Of a DNA stretch of 64,000 bases, positions 37,901-50,016 are shown in pieces; positions within the stretch are counted from its first letter, which is position 1, and each line of letters begins with the position of its first letter. The stretch covers positions 251,129 to 315,128 of the forward strand of contig NMRA01000168.1 of NCBI GenBank assembly GCA_002633005.1, written 5' to 3'. The position numbers were made by a program, and so were the translations under genes. The notes beneath the pieces are model-generated. The model made no database searches. It worked only from the letters and a program-made list of their open reading frames with translations, and was not told the origin of the DNA. Origin of the DNA: Phoronis australis. Taxonomy: Eukaryota > Animalia > Phoronida.

Positions 37901-40900
37901 CACTGATTGTGAATGAATTAGCGTAAAAAGTTGCAGAAGAGAGAACCTGGTCAACGGTTTATAATCAGCTCCAGTCGTGTGCTCACAGCTTCAGTGATAA
38001 TGTTGAGATTCTGAGTAGAGAAAAGAACTGGCAAGAAAGAGGGGTAAAAGAAGTCATATTAGTCACATCTCTCAATCCCTCCCTTAACAAATAAAGTGGG
38101 GTAAGATTTAAGATCTCCCCAAGATCTTGTCTGCTTAAGATGACAGTATCCGCCGGGTGACGCGCAACGCAAGAGATAGTACCCGGACGCAGTTGCCATT
38201 CTCTGTTTGAAGGGGATCGGAGCTCCCCAAAGATCTAGGACATTTTTATCAAGTAACTCCGGTTGAAATTATTCAATTGTGTCTCCACATTGACAACTTA
38301 TATGCCAGGATGGATCAAGACTTGTATGTCATTACTTCTCATTCAGCATTTGCATCTTAATTTGTTGAACACGATTTCCTAAGCAGAAAATATAGAAACA
38401 GGTTTTACAAGTCTTCCCCATCTTGACACCTTGGCACATTATCTTTGTTGAACAATCCCCAATATCTGCACCAGGGATGCAGAACTGATTGCAAATGGGA
38501 TCAAAAGCAAAAAAATGTGTTCTCTGTAACAAGAATCACCTGCGCAAAACAAGCTTCGACATTCACAGAATAAGAAAAACACCATTAATTCCCAATAAAA
38601 CGTATCCTCATAGTCATATTTTAGAGTATCTTTGACAACATTTTTGGGACTTCCTGAATGCTTAATTCACCTAAATATAGTATCCACCCTTTAGCCCCAG
38701 TTTTGGCAGTAACCATGACAGTCTTCCAAAAAAAAATTATATGGTCATATAGAAAACCATATGAGTTCTTGTTAACCTAATTCAGGTTTCTAATTGAACA
38801 AACAGTGGCATTGTTCTAAGTGAAACAACAATTGCCACTGAAGGTAATTCACACAGCACCAATACCTACACTAACCTCTATTTGCAGTAACCTCCATTAA
38901 ATTTTATGAAATCTAGGAGCTTACAAAGCGTCTGTTTTTAAGGTCACTTGTTTGATGAGGTACTGATCACTACAACTCAAACAGAACCATTCTCAACTTT
39001 GGCACTATACCATTAAACATTTACTCAACACTCAACCCCAAAACGGACCAATCGTACGTATAACTTTGAGCAAGCCTTCAAATTTCACCAGACAAGATAA
39101 GTCAATTTATTAAAAATCTTAAATAACAGTTGACGATGTGATCCTAAGCAGGCAGAATACTTAATTATTTATAACATGAAACTTATACGAGATTAGACAA
39201 AAAGTGGTATTTCAATGCTTCTGAGGTTCACTCACCCTTCACGAGATGTCCTGTCACTGGTTGTCATAGTAACTGTATCTCCTATCTCCCAGTCATCTTC
39301 AGTCATATCCCCATAGCCTTCAATCAGCTCATCCATCAACTCATTCAACTCTTTTTCTAAAATGCAAAACAAAACCTCAGTGACTGCCAATCATTACAAA
39401 GTACCTCACTTTTGTGATATGTGCACCTGTGCTTTTTCTGATTTCATGCAAAATATAGACGATAATTTCATTTCGAGAATGTCACTATGTAATGTTTGAA
39501 CAATGTTTCCTAACTGACATCTCATGAAAGTAAAAAGTTCTTTAAAAGTTCTTTAATTTGGGACAAACAAATTGCTAAAACTGCCACATTTTATTTACCA
39601 CATTGTTGCAAATGCTCAAACTTTTACCAAATGTCCGCTAATAGCTACGTCATACAAACTATGTTAAAAGCAAAGTCTGTAGTAAATTTCCTCAAGTTAT
39701 TCGACAAAATGAAATTTCACCTGTCTGCCATACTGTGCCCCAAACTGAAGATTTTTTATCGTAGTGCATTTTAACAAAAATAGCAAAGTTTAGGATTTAC
39801 CAAACAGCATCAGTCTCTTGTAATTAGGCTGTACACTAACCAACTTGAGAAAATTCCAATTAAAAATTAAACAAAATACAACATTAGCAACCTTGCCAAG
39901 ACGGGTACCCTTGACCTCTACAAACCACCCCCACTGTGCCCCTGACACTTACTGGACACTTTGACAGCCTTATCAAAGCGATAGTCTTCCACATCAATTT
40001 CTTCTTCCTCCGCCAGAAAGTTATACTCAGGATCATCCTCAGTATCCCCATGTGCTACGCCCTCTGGAGGGGGTTCTGTCAACAATACTGATATTGAGCA
40101 ACTGGGATAAACAATGCAATGCCAGATTCAAGTTAGTCTCTTGGCCACAATTGTTGCATAAGCGGCAAATGCGCTTATGTTGGCCCATGCAATTGCAAGT
40201 GAAGGTGCACTTATTTCCAAAATTAGGTGTGCCTACATGAGAAACGTGAGTGAAACTTGATACAATACATTATAAAAGAGTAGATGTTGATGCGTTCGCA
40301 ATTTAAAACTAACAATTTAAATTAAAACTACTAACAATGAACAAATGACGCACCGAAAATACCGAAATTAAGACAGCTGCCTACACTTGCAAGCTGAACA
40401 CTTAAGCAAATAACTTTTTGTACGTCAAGTGGTTCAGCATAATTCAAGACAAGAGCAACGCGGAGCGTTGAAATGCGCCCACAATTGCACCGCATACGGT
40501 ATCCTTCTAGGGTTGTTTATTGGTACCATAAAGTGGCCAGNGATTCAAGTTAGTCTCTTGGCCACAATTGTTGCATAAGCGGCAAATGCGCTTATGTTGG
40601 CCCATGCAATTGCAAGTGAAGGTGCACTTATTTCCAAAATTAGGTGTGCCTACATGAGAAACGTGAGTGAAACTTGATACAATACATTATAAAAGAGTAG
40701 ATGTTGATGCATTTGCAATTCAAAACTAACAATTTAAATTAAAACTACTAACAATGAACAAATGACGCACCGAAAATACCGAAATTAAGACAGCTGCCTA
40801 CACTTTCAAGTGGAACACTTAAGCAAATAACTTTTTGTACGTCAAGTGGTTCAGCATAATTCAAGAAAATGCAAGTAGTAAAATGACACCTACCAGGTAC

Positions 40901-43900
40901 TGCAGTCTTTTTCAGACCTAATAGAAAATCTAGCCAATCTTTATCCTCACTCTCCACGTCATACATGTCAAAGGTGACATCTGGTGGCAGGAAGGTGGAC
41001 TCAATCTCCTCCAGAGGTGTCTCCTCAAGAGGGAGCTTGGACCGTGTTCGCCTGGCAATCGTCTCAGCTTCCTCTTGCTTTGTCTTGGCAGAGGGTGGCA
41101 GTGGAGGTCCCATGGGTGTGGCCATGACCTTGGGTGTCAAGTACAGTGGTTTTCTAAATCACGCTAAATTTCTCAACATTTCGTCAACACCAATTTGAAT
41201 TTCTGTACTGGTGACTGGTATACACTGCCAAAAACTGATGTTTTTTTCTAATATATAGCAGAAACTCACTGAAATAAGCCATCACTACATGCCGATACTT
41301 TTATTTGACAAATATTCAGCACGGTCAACCATTGTTATGTGATGCGGTGATTTAAAACAGTGGACTCCATAATTATCCTGACAAATAATCTCTGTTGGGA
41401 GATGCTCGCATAAATGCTGCAGCCACATAGGTTTGCTTAAACACAATATTATAGGACATACGCAAAATACAAATAAAAAGTTATTCATCGACACTACTTA
41501 CCGCTACATGCTTTCCTTGACCCTGTGAACTTTGACCTTCATCACCATAGGAGAATGATCGTGATGGAGTCGCAGGTGACATGGGTGTGCTGGACGCAGG
41601 TGACCCAAAGTCACTGAACTGTGACGACACAACACTTTCAGAGTCAACATCACTGTCAGCTTGCTGTAAATCCAAAGCAGCAGTCACATGTTACTACAAT
41701 AGAATTATTGCACGTCTTCTACAGCATGCATCTAAGTGAAAAAATAAGTGAATTTGAAGTGTCAACCCAGAGAAGGCGTCTAAACTTTTTTGCTCTCATT
41801 TCTTGAAGCCACCACAATGATCACTGAAAATAATGCGTGGTTATAATTGAATTACTGAGTACAGCTTCGCTACACAATAACAACCCTTTAACCAATTTAT
41901 TTGCCCTAAGTGAAATTAATAACATTTGTAAGAGGTTCATTCACACATGCTGTGCCCCAAACCTTTAATAAGCCATAGACTAGTAATTGACATGACACAG
42001 TCTAATCATTAATGCCCTCAGGAAAGTCAGAAACTTATACTAGGTATTTTATGTGTATTGCATGTAATAAGTAATGTCTTCATTGTGTCAGATGAATAAG
42101 CGAATAAGTGACCTCATCTTTACTGGGGTCGTACTCCTCGTCCTCTTCATCATCAAGAAAACTGAGGTCCAGAAAGTTCTTCTGAGGCTTGGATGCCTTT
42201 TTCAGAGGAGAAATCGGCCATAGGTGAGGTACCTGGAACATAAAAAAATACATACTATTCAATGCTTTGAAATGTAGGAATCGCCAAGGGCTACAAGTTA
42301 CCAAACATTCCTGTTCCACTTTCGAAACATAACAAAAATTGAACTTCATACATACATTCGCACGCATGAAGTGATAAGAAAACCTTAAAGAACATGGTTT
42401 AAGTTAAATTAATTTTTCGTCAAAAGTTAAAAGAATATAATTTGCTTGCCAGTCTATACAATTGTTCTTAAAGCATACATCGAGAAATAGTGTTCCTCAT
42501 TTGATATTCCAATGGTGGCAAGAACAAATAGGTATCAAAACCAGCCCAAACAACCAACATTATACATTTGTGACAAACACAACGTGCCACAACATTAAAC
42601 ACAAACACAACGTGCTACAACATTAAACACTAACACAAAGTGCTACAACATTAAACACAAACACAACGTGCTACAACATTAAACACAAACACAACATGCT
42701 ACAACATTAAACACAAACACAACGTGCTACAACATTAAACACAAACACAACGTGCTTACAACATTAAACACAAACACAGCGTGTTACAACATTAAACACA
42801 AACACAGCGTGCTACAACATTAAACACAAACACAATGTGCTACAACATTAAACACAAGCACAACGTGCTACAACATTAAACACAAACACAACGTGCTACA
42901 ACATTAAACACAAACACAACGTGCTACAACATTAAACACAAACACAACATGTCACAACATTAAACACAAACACAACATGCTACAACACTGAACACAAACA
43001 CAACATGCTACAGCATTATAACACAATCACACAACAATAAAGTTTTAGTTGGTGTCTCCGAGAACAATTGACACAATTTGAATACCGACAAGTGACCTCA
43101 TTATTTAGTTTCACAAAAAGTTATTAAAAAATTTAATACTTATTTTGTTTTCAATTGTCCAAAACATGAAAAGCAACTCAAAATCAGTGGATGGGCATTC
43201 TCTCTCTCATATTTTCCTGATATTTGGGATAATTCCGCAGATCTAACGCGTAAACAAAGGAAAAATAAAGTGAATCACTCACATTTCCTTCCTTTTCCAT
43301 GATCTGTTTCACCTTGGTTCTCGTCATCTTTGGTTCATAGCAGGCTGGCTTTAGTCCTTCGTCCTTCTCATCTGCTTCGCGTAGTGAGTTTTTCACCATT
43401 TCCAGCACATGCTCATTGGTGATTAAATGCTACAAAGTGGGGGTTGAACATTATTAAAACGGCTCCTTTAGCAGACATGGTTAAGGCCCAATTAAGCTAA
43501 GCCGTAGGATGCTTAGATTGTAGAATAAAGGCTTACTCATTACCTCAAAACCTACCTAGAATGGTAACGCAATTTGTTAAAGGCATTCCTCTGACCACAT
43601 TAAAGTCATAAATTGCCAATTAATATAGTAATGCCTATTCAGTACTTGCACAAATTCGCCATTATGCTTGAAAACGATGAGTTGTGTCCAAACTGCAAAT
43701 GGTTCTGCACGTTTAGAACATACACGCGTTCACGTTTGCGTGGTTAAAGCTGATGCTACAACAAGGCATTGTGTCCTAAAGAGCAATGCACATCATTTTT
43801 GCAGTGCCACCAAAGTATGCATATAGTGAATTGCCTCACTTTCACCTATGTCACCGCGAGAACCCTCAATTAATAACAACAACTGTGCACATTGGTGTTC

Positions 43901-45747
43901 TATTCAACAATCTCCAGCACCCAGGGCAGCCACATACTTCTACTTCTGCTACCAGCAAATGTTCAAAAGAAGGGTGAATGGTTGTTCATAGTTTGCCATT
44001 TTCTCACATATAGTGTGAAAAGTCTATTTCCCATATCATTTGACATACCTGAGTTCGAGTGTTTAAACTGTGTTTTCTTGTATTGCTAAAGCACTGCTGC
44101 ATTGTCTGGACAGTGTAATACAACATATATCAGTGCAAGGGAAACTTAAAGCATGCTGTTATTCTATATAAACTAGTACATTGAAAACCCTATTTCATGT
44201 ACAACTGACCAATATACATCGTCTATCAGATTAACAATCTTAGCACTACTTACATGAAGGATGTTTTTTACATTTTTCGTTGACAAGTTGGATCGTGCAG
44301 CTGTGTCCTCAAGAACTTTGTCAATGCTAGCACCAGGCCTTTCATCCATGATAGAGGGAGGCTCTGTCTCAGAATCATCTGATGTCTTTGTATCTTTTTC
44401 CTTCTTCTGCTTTACAGGAAACTTCACCTTCCGTGGAGTGGATAACCTCTTTGTAGGTGAACTGCTATCAAAGAAAAAAGGTATTGGCTACAAGTGGGCA
44501 ACAACAGATGGCGTCACCTACCCTCAACAACTTGCCTTTAAGGATGAAATCCAAGCCATAAAAAGATGACAGTTAATACATTTTTCTTTCATGAAAAACA
44601 TGGAATAATAGAATATTTTTGCAATGCCTGGTCACACTTTTTTGACAAACATTGATGAAACCACGAACTTTGGATGTGGCAATGCAGACAGGAAATGATC
44701 AAAGTACTTCGCTTAGTGAGGCATGTGAAAACCATCTGAAAGTTGTAGATGGTTGGTTCATTGTCACAGACAGAGTGCTAATGTATGTCAAAACTATGAG
44801 CTTTCTTTCCTCTATGAGAGTGTTAGGCAGCGAGCAAGCAACATGCAGCTCATTTCATAAAATTGGCAAACGCCATGTACCGAACAAATTCACACGTTAA
44901 TAACACGTTTCCACTTAAGCACATTGAAATCTATAAACACCACATACGATGCCAACCCTTTGGCTTTCTTCCCCTTCGTTGACTTCACCTTCTTGCCTTT
45001 GGGAGACACTCCCTTACCCAGCATGCCACTATCCTTACATAACAACATAAGCTGCTCATTCAGGTTCCTAAAATGATCATGTCCAACACTGTCGTCATCA
45101 TCCTCATGCCCAATGTCGTCACGGTTACAACCTTTTCTTGAACTCGATCCTGAAGTTACAGTTGTTGTACACTTCTTATTCTTATTCTTCTTTGTGGGAG
45201 TCTTTTCCTGGTCATACCAAAGTTGCCTACCATCTTGCTTTTTTCCAGAAGACCTCAGCGTCCTCGACGAGCTTGGTTTGGAGCTGGAGCTGGGTGCACT
45301 TTTATTTGGAGTTCTTTCCAAATGAGACGGAACAGATCTACCTACATTAGTTAAATCTCTATTTCCACAAACTGACTCTGAAAATTGTTCTGACGATTTC
45401 AATTCTTTTCCAAGACTTTGATCACCTGTTGGGTAATTCTTACTTGGTGTTACCTCAGGGGGAGTCCCATCACTAGAACTTTTCCTTTGGCTGTCTCCAC
45501 CATCAGGGCTTTCATCCGCGCTACTACCAAAAGCAACCCCTGTAGGGGATAATAAAACTTTTTTGGGGGTTGCCTGTTTCCTACTTTTTCTAGGAGTTAT
45601 GTAGGGATCCTCATCCTTTTTAGAGTTCTGACTGTCATCATGTTTCCTTTTCACACCTTGCCGTCCTGGAGTCGACTTGCTAGGAGTCTGATTCGCATCA
45701 TGTTTCGATGACACTGGAGTTGAAGAACTTCCAGGATTGACAGACAT
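16909..45747 (-). CDS. GON4L: GON-4-like protein (GON4L/YARP): YY1AP-like region, PAH domains, Cys/His motif, two C-terminal SANT/Myb modules; about 2160 aa
   Basis: 27 phase-consistent exons: 45747-44948, 44464-44254, 43429-43283, 42232-42113, 41663-41502, 41128(uncertain)-40894, 40075-39953, 39356-39236, 37639-37540, 37142-37056, 35586-35424, 34460-34313, 33964-33814, 33727-33620, 32776-30942, 28226-28118, 27116-26985, 26683-26531, 25790-25609, 24437-24248, 23338-23156, 21994-21907, 20695-20281, 19222-19120, 18858-18623, 18323-18221, 16998-16909 (TAA). Diagnostic blocks matching recalled GON4L: NVKNILHHLITNEHVLEM, EPKMTRTK, IARRTRSKLPL, DDPEYNFL, QMRKHVQLLTQ, FTDAEDNLIALGL, PDLVDDFAAFLLPHQA, CQCECH..HCKRC, WTR.EDKIILEQC. 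Confidence 0.95.
17878..17995. repeat. 29-bp minisatellite x4
   Basis: Unit actgctttagacaatgtacatatgatcaa, in the last GON4L intron. Confidence 0.95.
21089..21231. mobile_element. 143-bp palindromic MITE, PIF/Harbinger-like
   Basis: Ends ggcctggaccaccaaa and ttttggtgatcgcgggcc, internal inverted blocks aattgaccaatcac and gtgattggtcaatt, flanked by a 3-bp CTG direct repeat (21086-21088 and 21232-21234). Confidence 0.7.
27108..27450. repeat. Degenerate tandem repeat (about 75-85 bp x4-5) overlapping the GON4L exon 17 acceptor
   Basis: Recurrent atcacgct(g/c)acaaatgaacatgaac....atagtc...agcc(t)atgaaca. Confidence 0.8.
27686..27768. repeat. (CA)/(CACG)-type microsatellite
   Basis: acacacgcatgcacgcacgtacacgcacacgcac...acacacac. 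Confidence 0.95.
28674..30375 (+). mobile_element. 1.7-kb interspersed composite repeat with an internal higher-order array (about 450-bp units made of three 145-160-bp subunits)
   Basis: The 5' end acaagagcaacgctgagcgttgaattgcgccc recurs at 40449. Internal blocks (ggtttaggagata, gttgaggac.tttgaagata, ccaattttcaca, ccactagg.ggc.c) recur at about 430-475-bp period. The 3' boundary is approximate. Confidence 0.8.
34690..34850. repeat. Interspersed repeat fragment (related copy at about 36715-36870)
   Basis: Shared ttaggaatt.tttt...ttcca.ttttgca..agggg....gttgcataa.acaaaaa.gaa....ttagaaaac.gt....tgagatttcatcttg. Confidence 0.6.
34967..35306. repeat. 67-bp minisatellite x5, nearly identical copies
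   Basis: Unit acagacttgatgacaaagacctaatatataaccttaaatgatgaacacacacagtactgtaaactca starting at 34967, 35034, 35101, 35167 and 35234. Confidence 0.97.
36563..36698. mobile_element. Palindromic MITE-like element (about 135 bp)
   Basis: Arms agattattgcatgttctcagtcattatccccc and gggggataacgactgagaacatgtaataatct, plus inner tctagagc/gctctaga and attttgga/tccaaaat pairs. Confidence 0.75.
36957..37015 (-). pseudogene. Degenerate tandem copy of the 3' part of GON4L exon 10 (pseudo-exon)
   Basis: cag|gtctttttcctcatcagtgttcacaca...cagtctgcccagtattta|gtgagtta aligns with exon 10 caggtctacatactcagcagtgctcagaca...cagtctgtccagtatttg|gtgagtta. It is 59 nt against 66 nt in the original, so it shifts frame. 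Confidence 0.75.
40125..40866. other. 325-bp direct duplication around an N gap (probable allelic assembly overlap)
   Basis: 40125-40449 and 40542-40866 differ by about 6 substitutions. They are separated by the first about 90 bp of the 28674-type repeat and a single n at 40541. Confidence 0.85.
42572..43020. repeat. 28-bp minisatellite, about 16 copies
   Basis: Unit acaaacacaacgtgctacaacattaaac. Confidence 0.97.
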
Positions 45748-46046
45748 GGCTGAAAACATATAGGAATTTGTAATAAAATGCACTTGCATTTTCAATTACT
45801 GCTTTAATATGAATGGAAAACTTCTAATTGGCAAACAAATGACACAATTTAACAACATACAATCCTCTCAATCCTGTGGAGCAGAGGGGGTAGCGGCAGC
45901 ACCTGACCTAAAAATCCAACCAGTACCCTTTACTTGTAATGCATGACATCTTGGGAAAATCATTCATGATCTGGTATTTTCAAGTTCTGCTCAACCAGTG
46001 CCTGGCAAGTGTTATGCATCCATCAAACATCGACCTCAGTTCAGTT

Positions 46047-48030
46047 CAGGGACTCATCTAGCGGCCGTCCTGGGACGGCCCTTTTAAAAAAATGACGGCT
46101 TTGGACGGCACGGCCAAGACGGAAAAAAGACGGCCTGTTCCAAAACAACCTCGGCGAAAATGAAGGCTAAACGAAGAATTTTAACATTTATTATTAATAA
46201 ATTTCATTGAAACCTACAATTCATTGTTTAAGTTCGCTAAATATTAAGAAATAAGTCGACATTAGAAACGTTTGCCGTCTATTTTTACTATAAATGTCAC
46301 AATGACGATCGGCAAATACTGGCAGCCATCTTTGGGGAATACCTTCCTTTTCTGTGACGTCAAGGTGACTTCGTACGGAATCCCCCGCACGACTAGTGTC
46401 GAGAAATATTGCATCCAGCGCTAACTACCCGTACATGGACACTTAATCTTTGAAATTGAAGAACCCACACCCAAAGTTCAAAGGATTTGCCGTACCTCTA
46501 ATGCTAGTTGCCGACGCGGAATTTGAAGCGGCACTCGATATATTCGACGGAGCAGCCAATTTGAAATAGCCGACGGAGAACGACGTACACTTCGAAAAAA
46601 TGATACCCGACAAAATTCTAGCACTGACCTGCCGTACAAATGCCATCAATGTCGTTGAACATGCAAACCAGATAAAACTTAGCGCAAACTTCCTTAGTTT
46701 AATTGTTCGCATAGCTCCGTTGCAACTCGAACGAATGAACGAAAAAATATCAAGAAAATCCGCACGGCCGAACGACTTATATTGATGCGGGAGAATGCAG
46801 TGCAAACTTTACGAGAAAAAAATGCGGTGTGTAATGTTGGTTGCGTATTCAATGAATAACTTAGCATGAAAATAAATGTCTCGAAATACTTCAACTTATT
46901 GTGGAATTCCATGATTATTGGGCGATTCGAGTTTATCCTCTGTGTGTGGCACTGCGTGCCGTATATGGAAAAAAGTAGGTCAGCCAGTCACGTGCACAGC
47001 ACCTGTTACTTCGGCTGCGAACCAGGCCGGGGATTTGACTCTTAAACTGCGAGAAAAGAATGGTTCTTTTTAAGAATAAATTTCTTGTAGCGTACTATGA
47101 AAGACAATGATTGACTTTCAACCTTGTAAGTTTCAATTCAACAAAGCGTCCACTTAAAATGCACTGCAGAAGACGTAACAACTACGATGTCCCCGGCGAC
47201 CACTGGCTACGCTCGTAGCCAAATGACGTGAAATTTACGAGTAAAGTGCTCGGAGAAACGTTTAAGAAACGTAAAAATACGAATGCCAAATTCAAGCACG
47301 GAGTTTCGACGTTTTTTTTTGGTCACGATCCTTTACGAAGCCAAGTCCGGGTATACACGCGCGAGTGCACATACGCCGTCACGACTCCTATTTTCCAGCG
47401 GAGATTTTTGACCGTGTTGAGCACTGGTGATACTGATTTGTAAATTTGTGTTGAGGATACGGTCTTGTTTTTGTAGATTCGTGAATTGCATTACTGTGCG
47501 ATGTAACGAAACATAGACATGTACTCTAGAATATATTTCTTCATGTCCTTTTGAATGCAACTTCATTGTCTTCTCACAATTTTAAGTGGTTTCTCAACTG
47601 CATTTTACTCTTCTCTTTTGAGAATTCCAAGATACATTGAGTCCAGTACTCATGCTGTCTGTCATGCAACTCTACATAGATAATGATTATCTTACTAAAA
47701 AGATTTACAGATCTTGATTTTTGCAGCCTAGTGACAATACACACATCCTGAATGGAACAAACCTCCTAACTTAGTTGTGTTTAGTTTCCTTATGTGGTCT
47801 CCTTTGAACAAGAAAAAGACTTCCAAACAGCGTGCTAAATAAAATGCAAGGAAATGACCTTTTTTATGTAACATTTTTTTCCTCACCAGGTGTGGGAATT
47901 CCCCCACTCCCCCCAACTTCCAATCCCCACCTCCCCCCATCAGCGCTGCGCGGCTCAGATTCACGCTTTGCAAGACTCGTCAGTCTCACGAATTTGGACC
48001 CCCAATTTTCAAATCCTAGATGAGTCCCTG
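46047..48030. mobile_element. Non-autonomous hAT-type DNA transposon, 1984 bp
   Basis: Perfect 15-bp TIRs cagggactcatctag (46047-46061) and ctagatgagtccctg (48016-48030), with a perfect 8-bp TSD gttcagtt (46039-46046 and 48031-48038). No transposase ORF recognised. Confidence 0.9.
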
Positions 48031-48944
48031 GTTCAGTTTCATTTCAATGAATTTAATGTAGCCTTGGTGCACTGAATTGGGTTAGAAAACTGACAGAATA
48101 AAATCTGACACAAAATTAGTGTCATTAAAATCTACACTGACCTGCCTTGAGTAAACTAAATTATTTACCGGTGTTGAAACTAAAAATTGTCATTCTATCG
48201 TTATTCTGCTGCTAAGGTGCAAACTTTTGCGTCAGGATCCCTAATTCTTCAATCACTTGTTCTTCTCTTCCACAAGGTTGCATACATGTCACAACAAATT
48301 ATCAGAACTGGTTTCATTTCGTTGCAAGTTTTTAGCAATTTAATACCAGCAAACCAAATTACAGAATAAATTTTGTTGCTGCGAAGCTATCATCTCCCGA
48401 GAGATGTCACAAAATTTTAGGAAATGACGCGTGCGCGACACGAGCCTTCTGCTTTCAAAATGACGACAGACTTTTCTTTGTTACAACAGCCAGAGAATTA
48501 TGCAAGAAAATGATGTTTGTCAGTTTGTGAGATTGTTTTTTCACTTAAACGGCTGCAACGAGCAAGGACAAGGTGAATGTCGGTTGACTCCCAGATTTTG
48601 TATGCTGTCCTGCCGGTCGTTGGCTCTAGGCCTACATGTTGATATAAGTTTCACAGCAAGGTTACGAGCACAACTACCCGGGCTGTGTGAAATTTCTGGA
48701 TCAAGCGGTGCCCAGCTGTATAAGTCTTCTTAGTCATACAGCTTGCTGGCTGGCTAAATTTAATGCTGAATCAAAGCCACATGCAATCCACAAAAGCAAA
48801 TGATAGCACAGTAGTGATATACCGACCCTTTTACTGTTGCGTGGGTTGCAAACATTAGGGAACCAGAAGCTGCATTAGCAGATTAGCCATAATAACATGA
48901 CTGAAACGACAACTCGAGGTGATGATGACGAATATCGAATATCT

Positions 48945-49252
48945 CTGAAACCTCCCGCCATCTTTTGTGCTTCGCGGAATATTTTGATGGCACTTTATAT
49001 CTCCTTTTGTTATTTTAGGCTAATTTTAAATTCTCATTACTCCAGTTTCAACTAATCAGAGTATATAGTAACTAAATTAACCAAGAAGATTATAAAACGT
49101 TTGTTTCGCACTTGCGAGAGTTCACAAAAATTGCGCGAAAAATGAAAATGGCGATGGTGTGAAGAGTGTTGAAGATTACATAAATATTGTGCAGCTACGA
49201 GTGTTCTCGTAACCTGGTAGCTTTAACATAAAAGGATTCCTATTATGTAAGA
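48945..49252. promoter_or_regulatory. Candidate bidirectional GON4L/BRCA1 promoter with untranslated first exons
   Basis: Divergent YY1-type motifs: AAGATGGCGG on - (plus-strand cccgccatctt, about 48954-48964) and AAAATGGCG on + (49145-49153). E2F-like TTGCGCGAAA at 49131-49140. Candidate donor GTAAG at 49247. Both genes' ATG-bearing exons begin with splice acceptors, so upstream non-coding exons must exist. Confidence 0.55.
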
Positions 49253-49588
49253 AAGTTTAACTCTCTTGGGTATTTTTTATGTTTCGATAATCTGGTCATG
49301 CTTGCTCTGCCATGATTTTAGAATACCAGTTGTCAAAAAATCATCTGCCAGAGTGCCAGGCAGTGCCAGTGGCAGTGACGCCGGTGACTGTGTAGGCTAC
49401 ACTGAGACTGAGTTTAGGGTAATCTGTAGATGTATAGTGTAACAGTAGCCAACACGTTGGCTCGTAGACCCTCGACTGGCTGTCCTGTATGCCTGGGGCA
49501 CTACAGGGCGATGTAATTGCCCACTGCAACTGGAAGTCTGCAAGCGCAAAACGTACGTACTAAACGGCTAAGTTAAGTAAAGACAAAG

Positions 49589-50016
49589 TAGACTGTACCA
49601 CCATCTCAACTGGCCCCAGTATAGACAGTGACCACCGTCTCTAACTGGCCCCAGTAGACACGGAAGCTTTTCGGCAAATTATGCCTCACCCTGATTAAAA
49701 CATCAAAAATTCACGTTGTTTTAAGACTTTTAAGTACCTTTTGAGTACCGCTTTTGGACGTTCAGTAATTGCCTAGGCAACTGAACTTTTTCCAAAAAAT
49801 TTGAGTATTTGTTGGAGCTGGGAAGATTTAAAGACATCGACAGCCTGCTAAGTTGTTCCTCTATATGCAAAAGATACTCACAGCAAAATGACTTTGATGG
49901 TTTAATCAGTGTGAGGCATAACTTGCCAAATGCAAAAAAGCGTTCGGCGTTTTGGAGGCCTATGGGATGACCACCATCTCTACTGGGGCCAGTTGAGACT
50001 GTGGTACTATAGTCTA
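49589..50016. mobile_element. MITE of about 430 bp in the presumed first BRCA1 intron
   Basis: Ends tagactgtaccaccatctcaactggccccagta and tactggggccagttgagactgtggtactatagtcta. Inner inverted pair gcaaattatgcctcaccctgattaaaacatcaaa and tttgatggtttaatcagtgtgaggcataacttgc. Confidence 0.75.

Noticed and set aside
37948-38010. Possible extra GON4L exon (cag|aatctc...accag|gttctc)
   Set aside because: Its open frame needs a phase-0 entry, but the preceding donor is phase 2; exons 8 and 9 join in frame without it.
46443-46912. Transposase ORFs inside the hAT element
   Set aside because: Short ORFs with no BED finger, DDE or dimerisation motifs.
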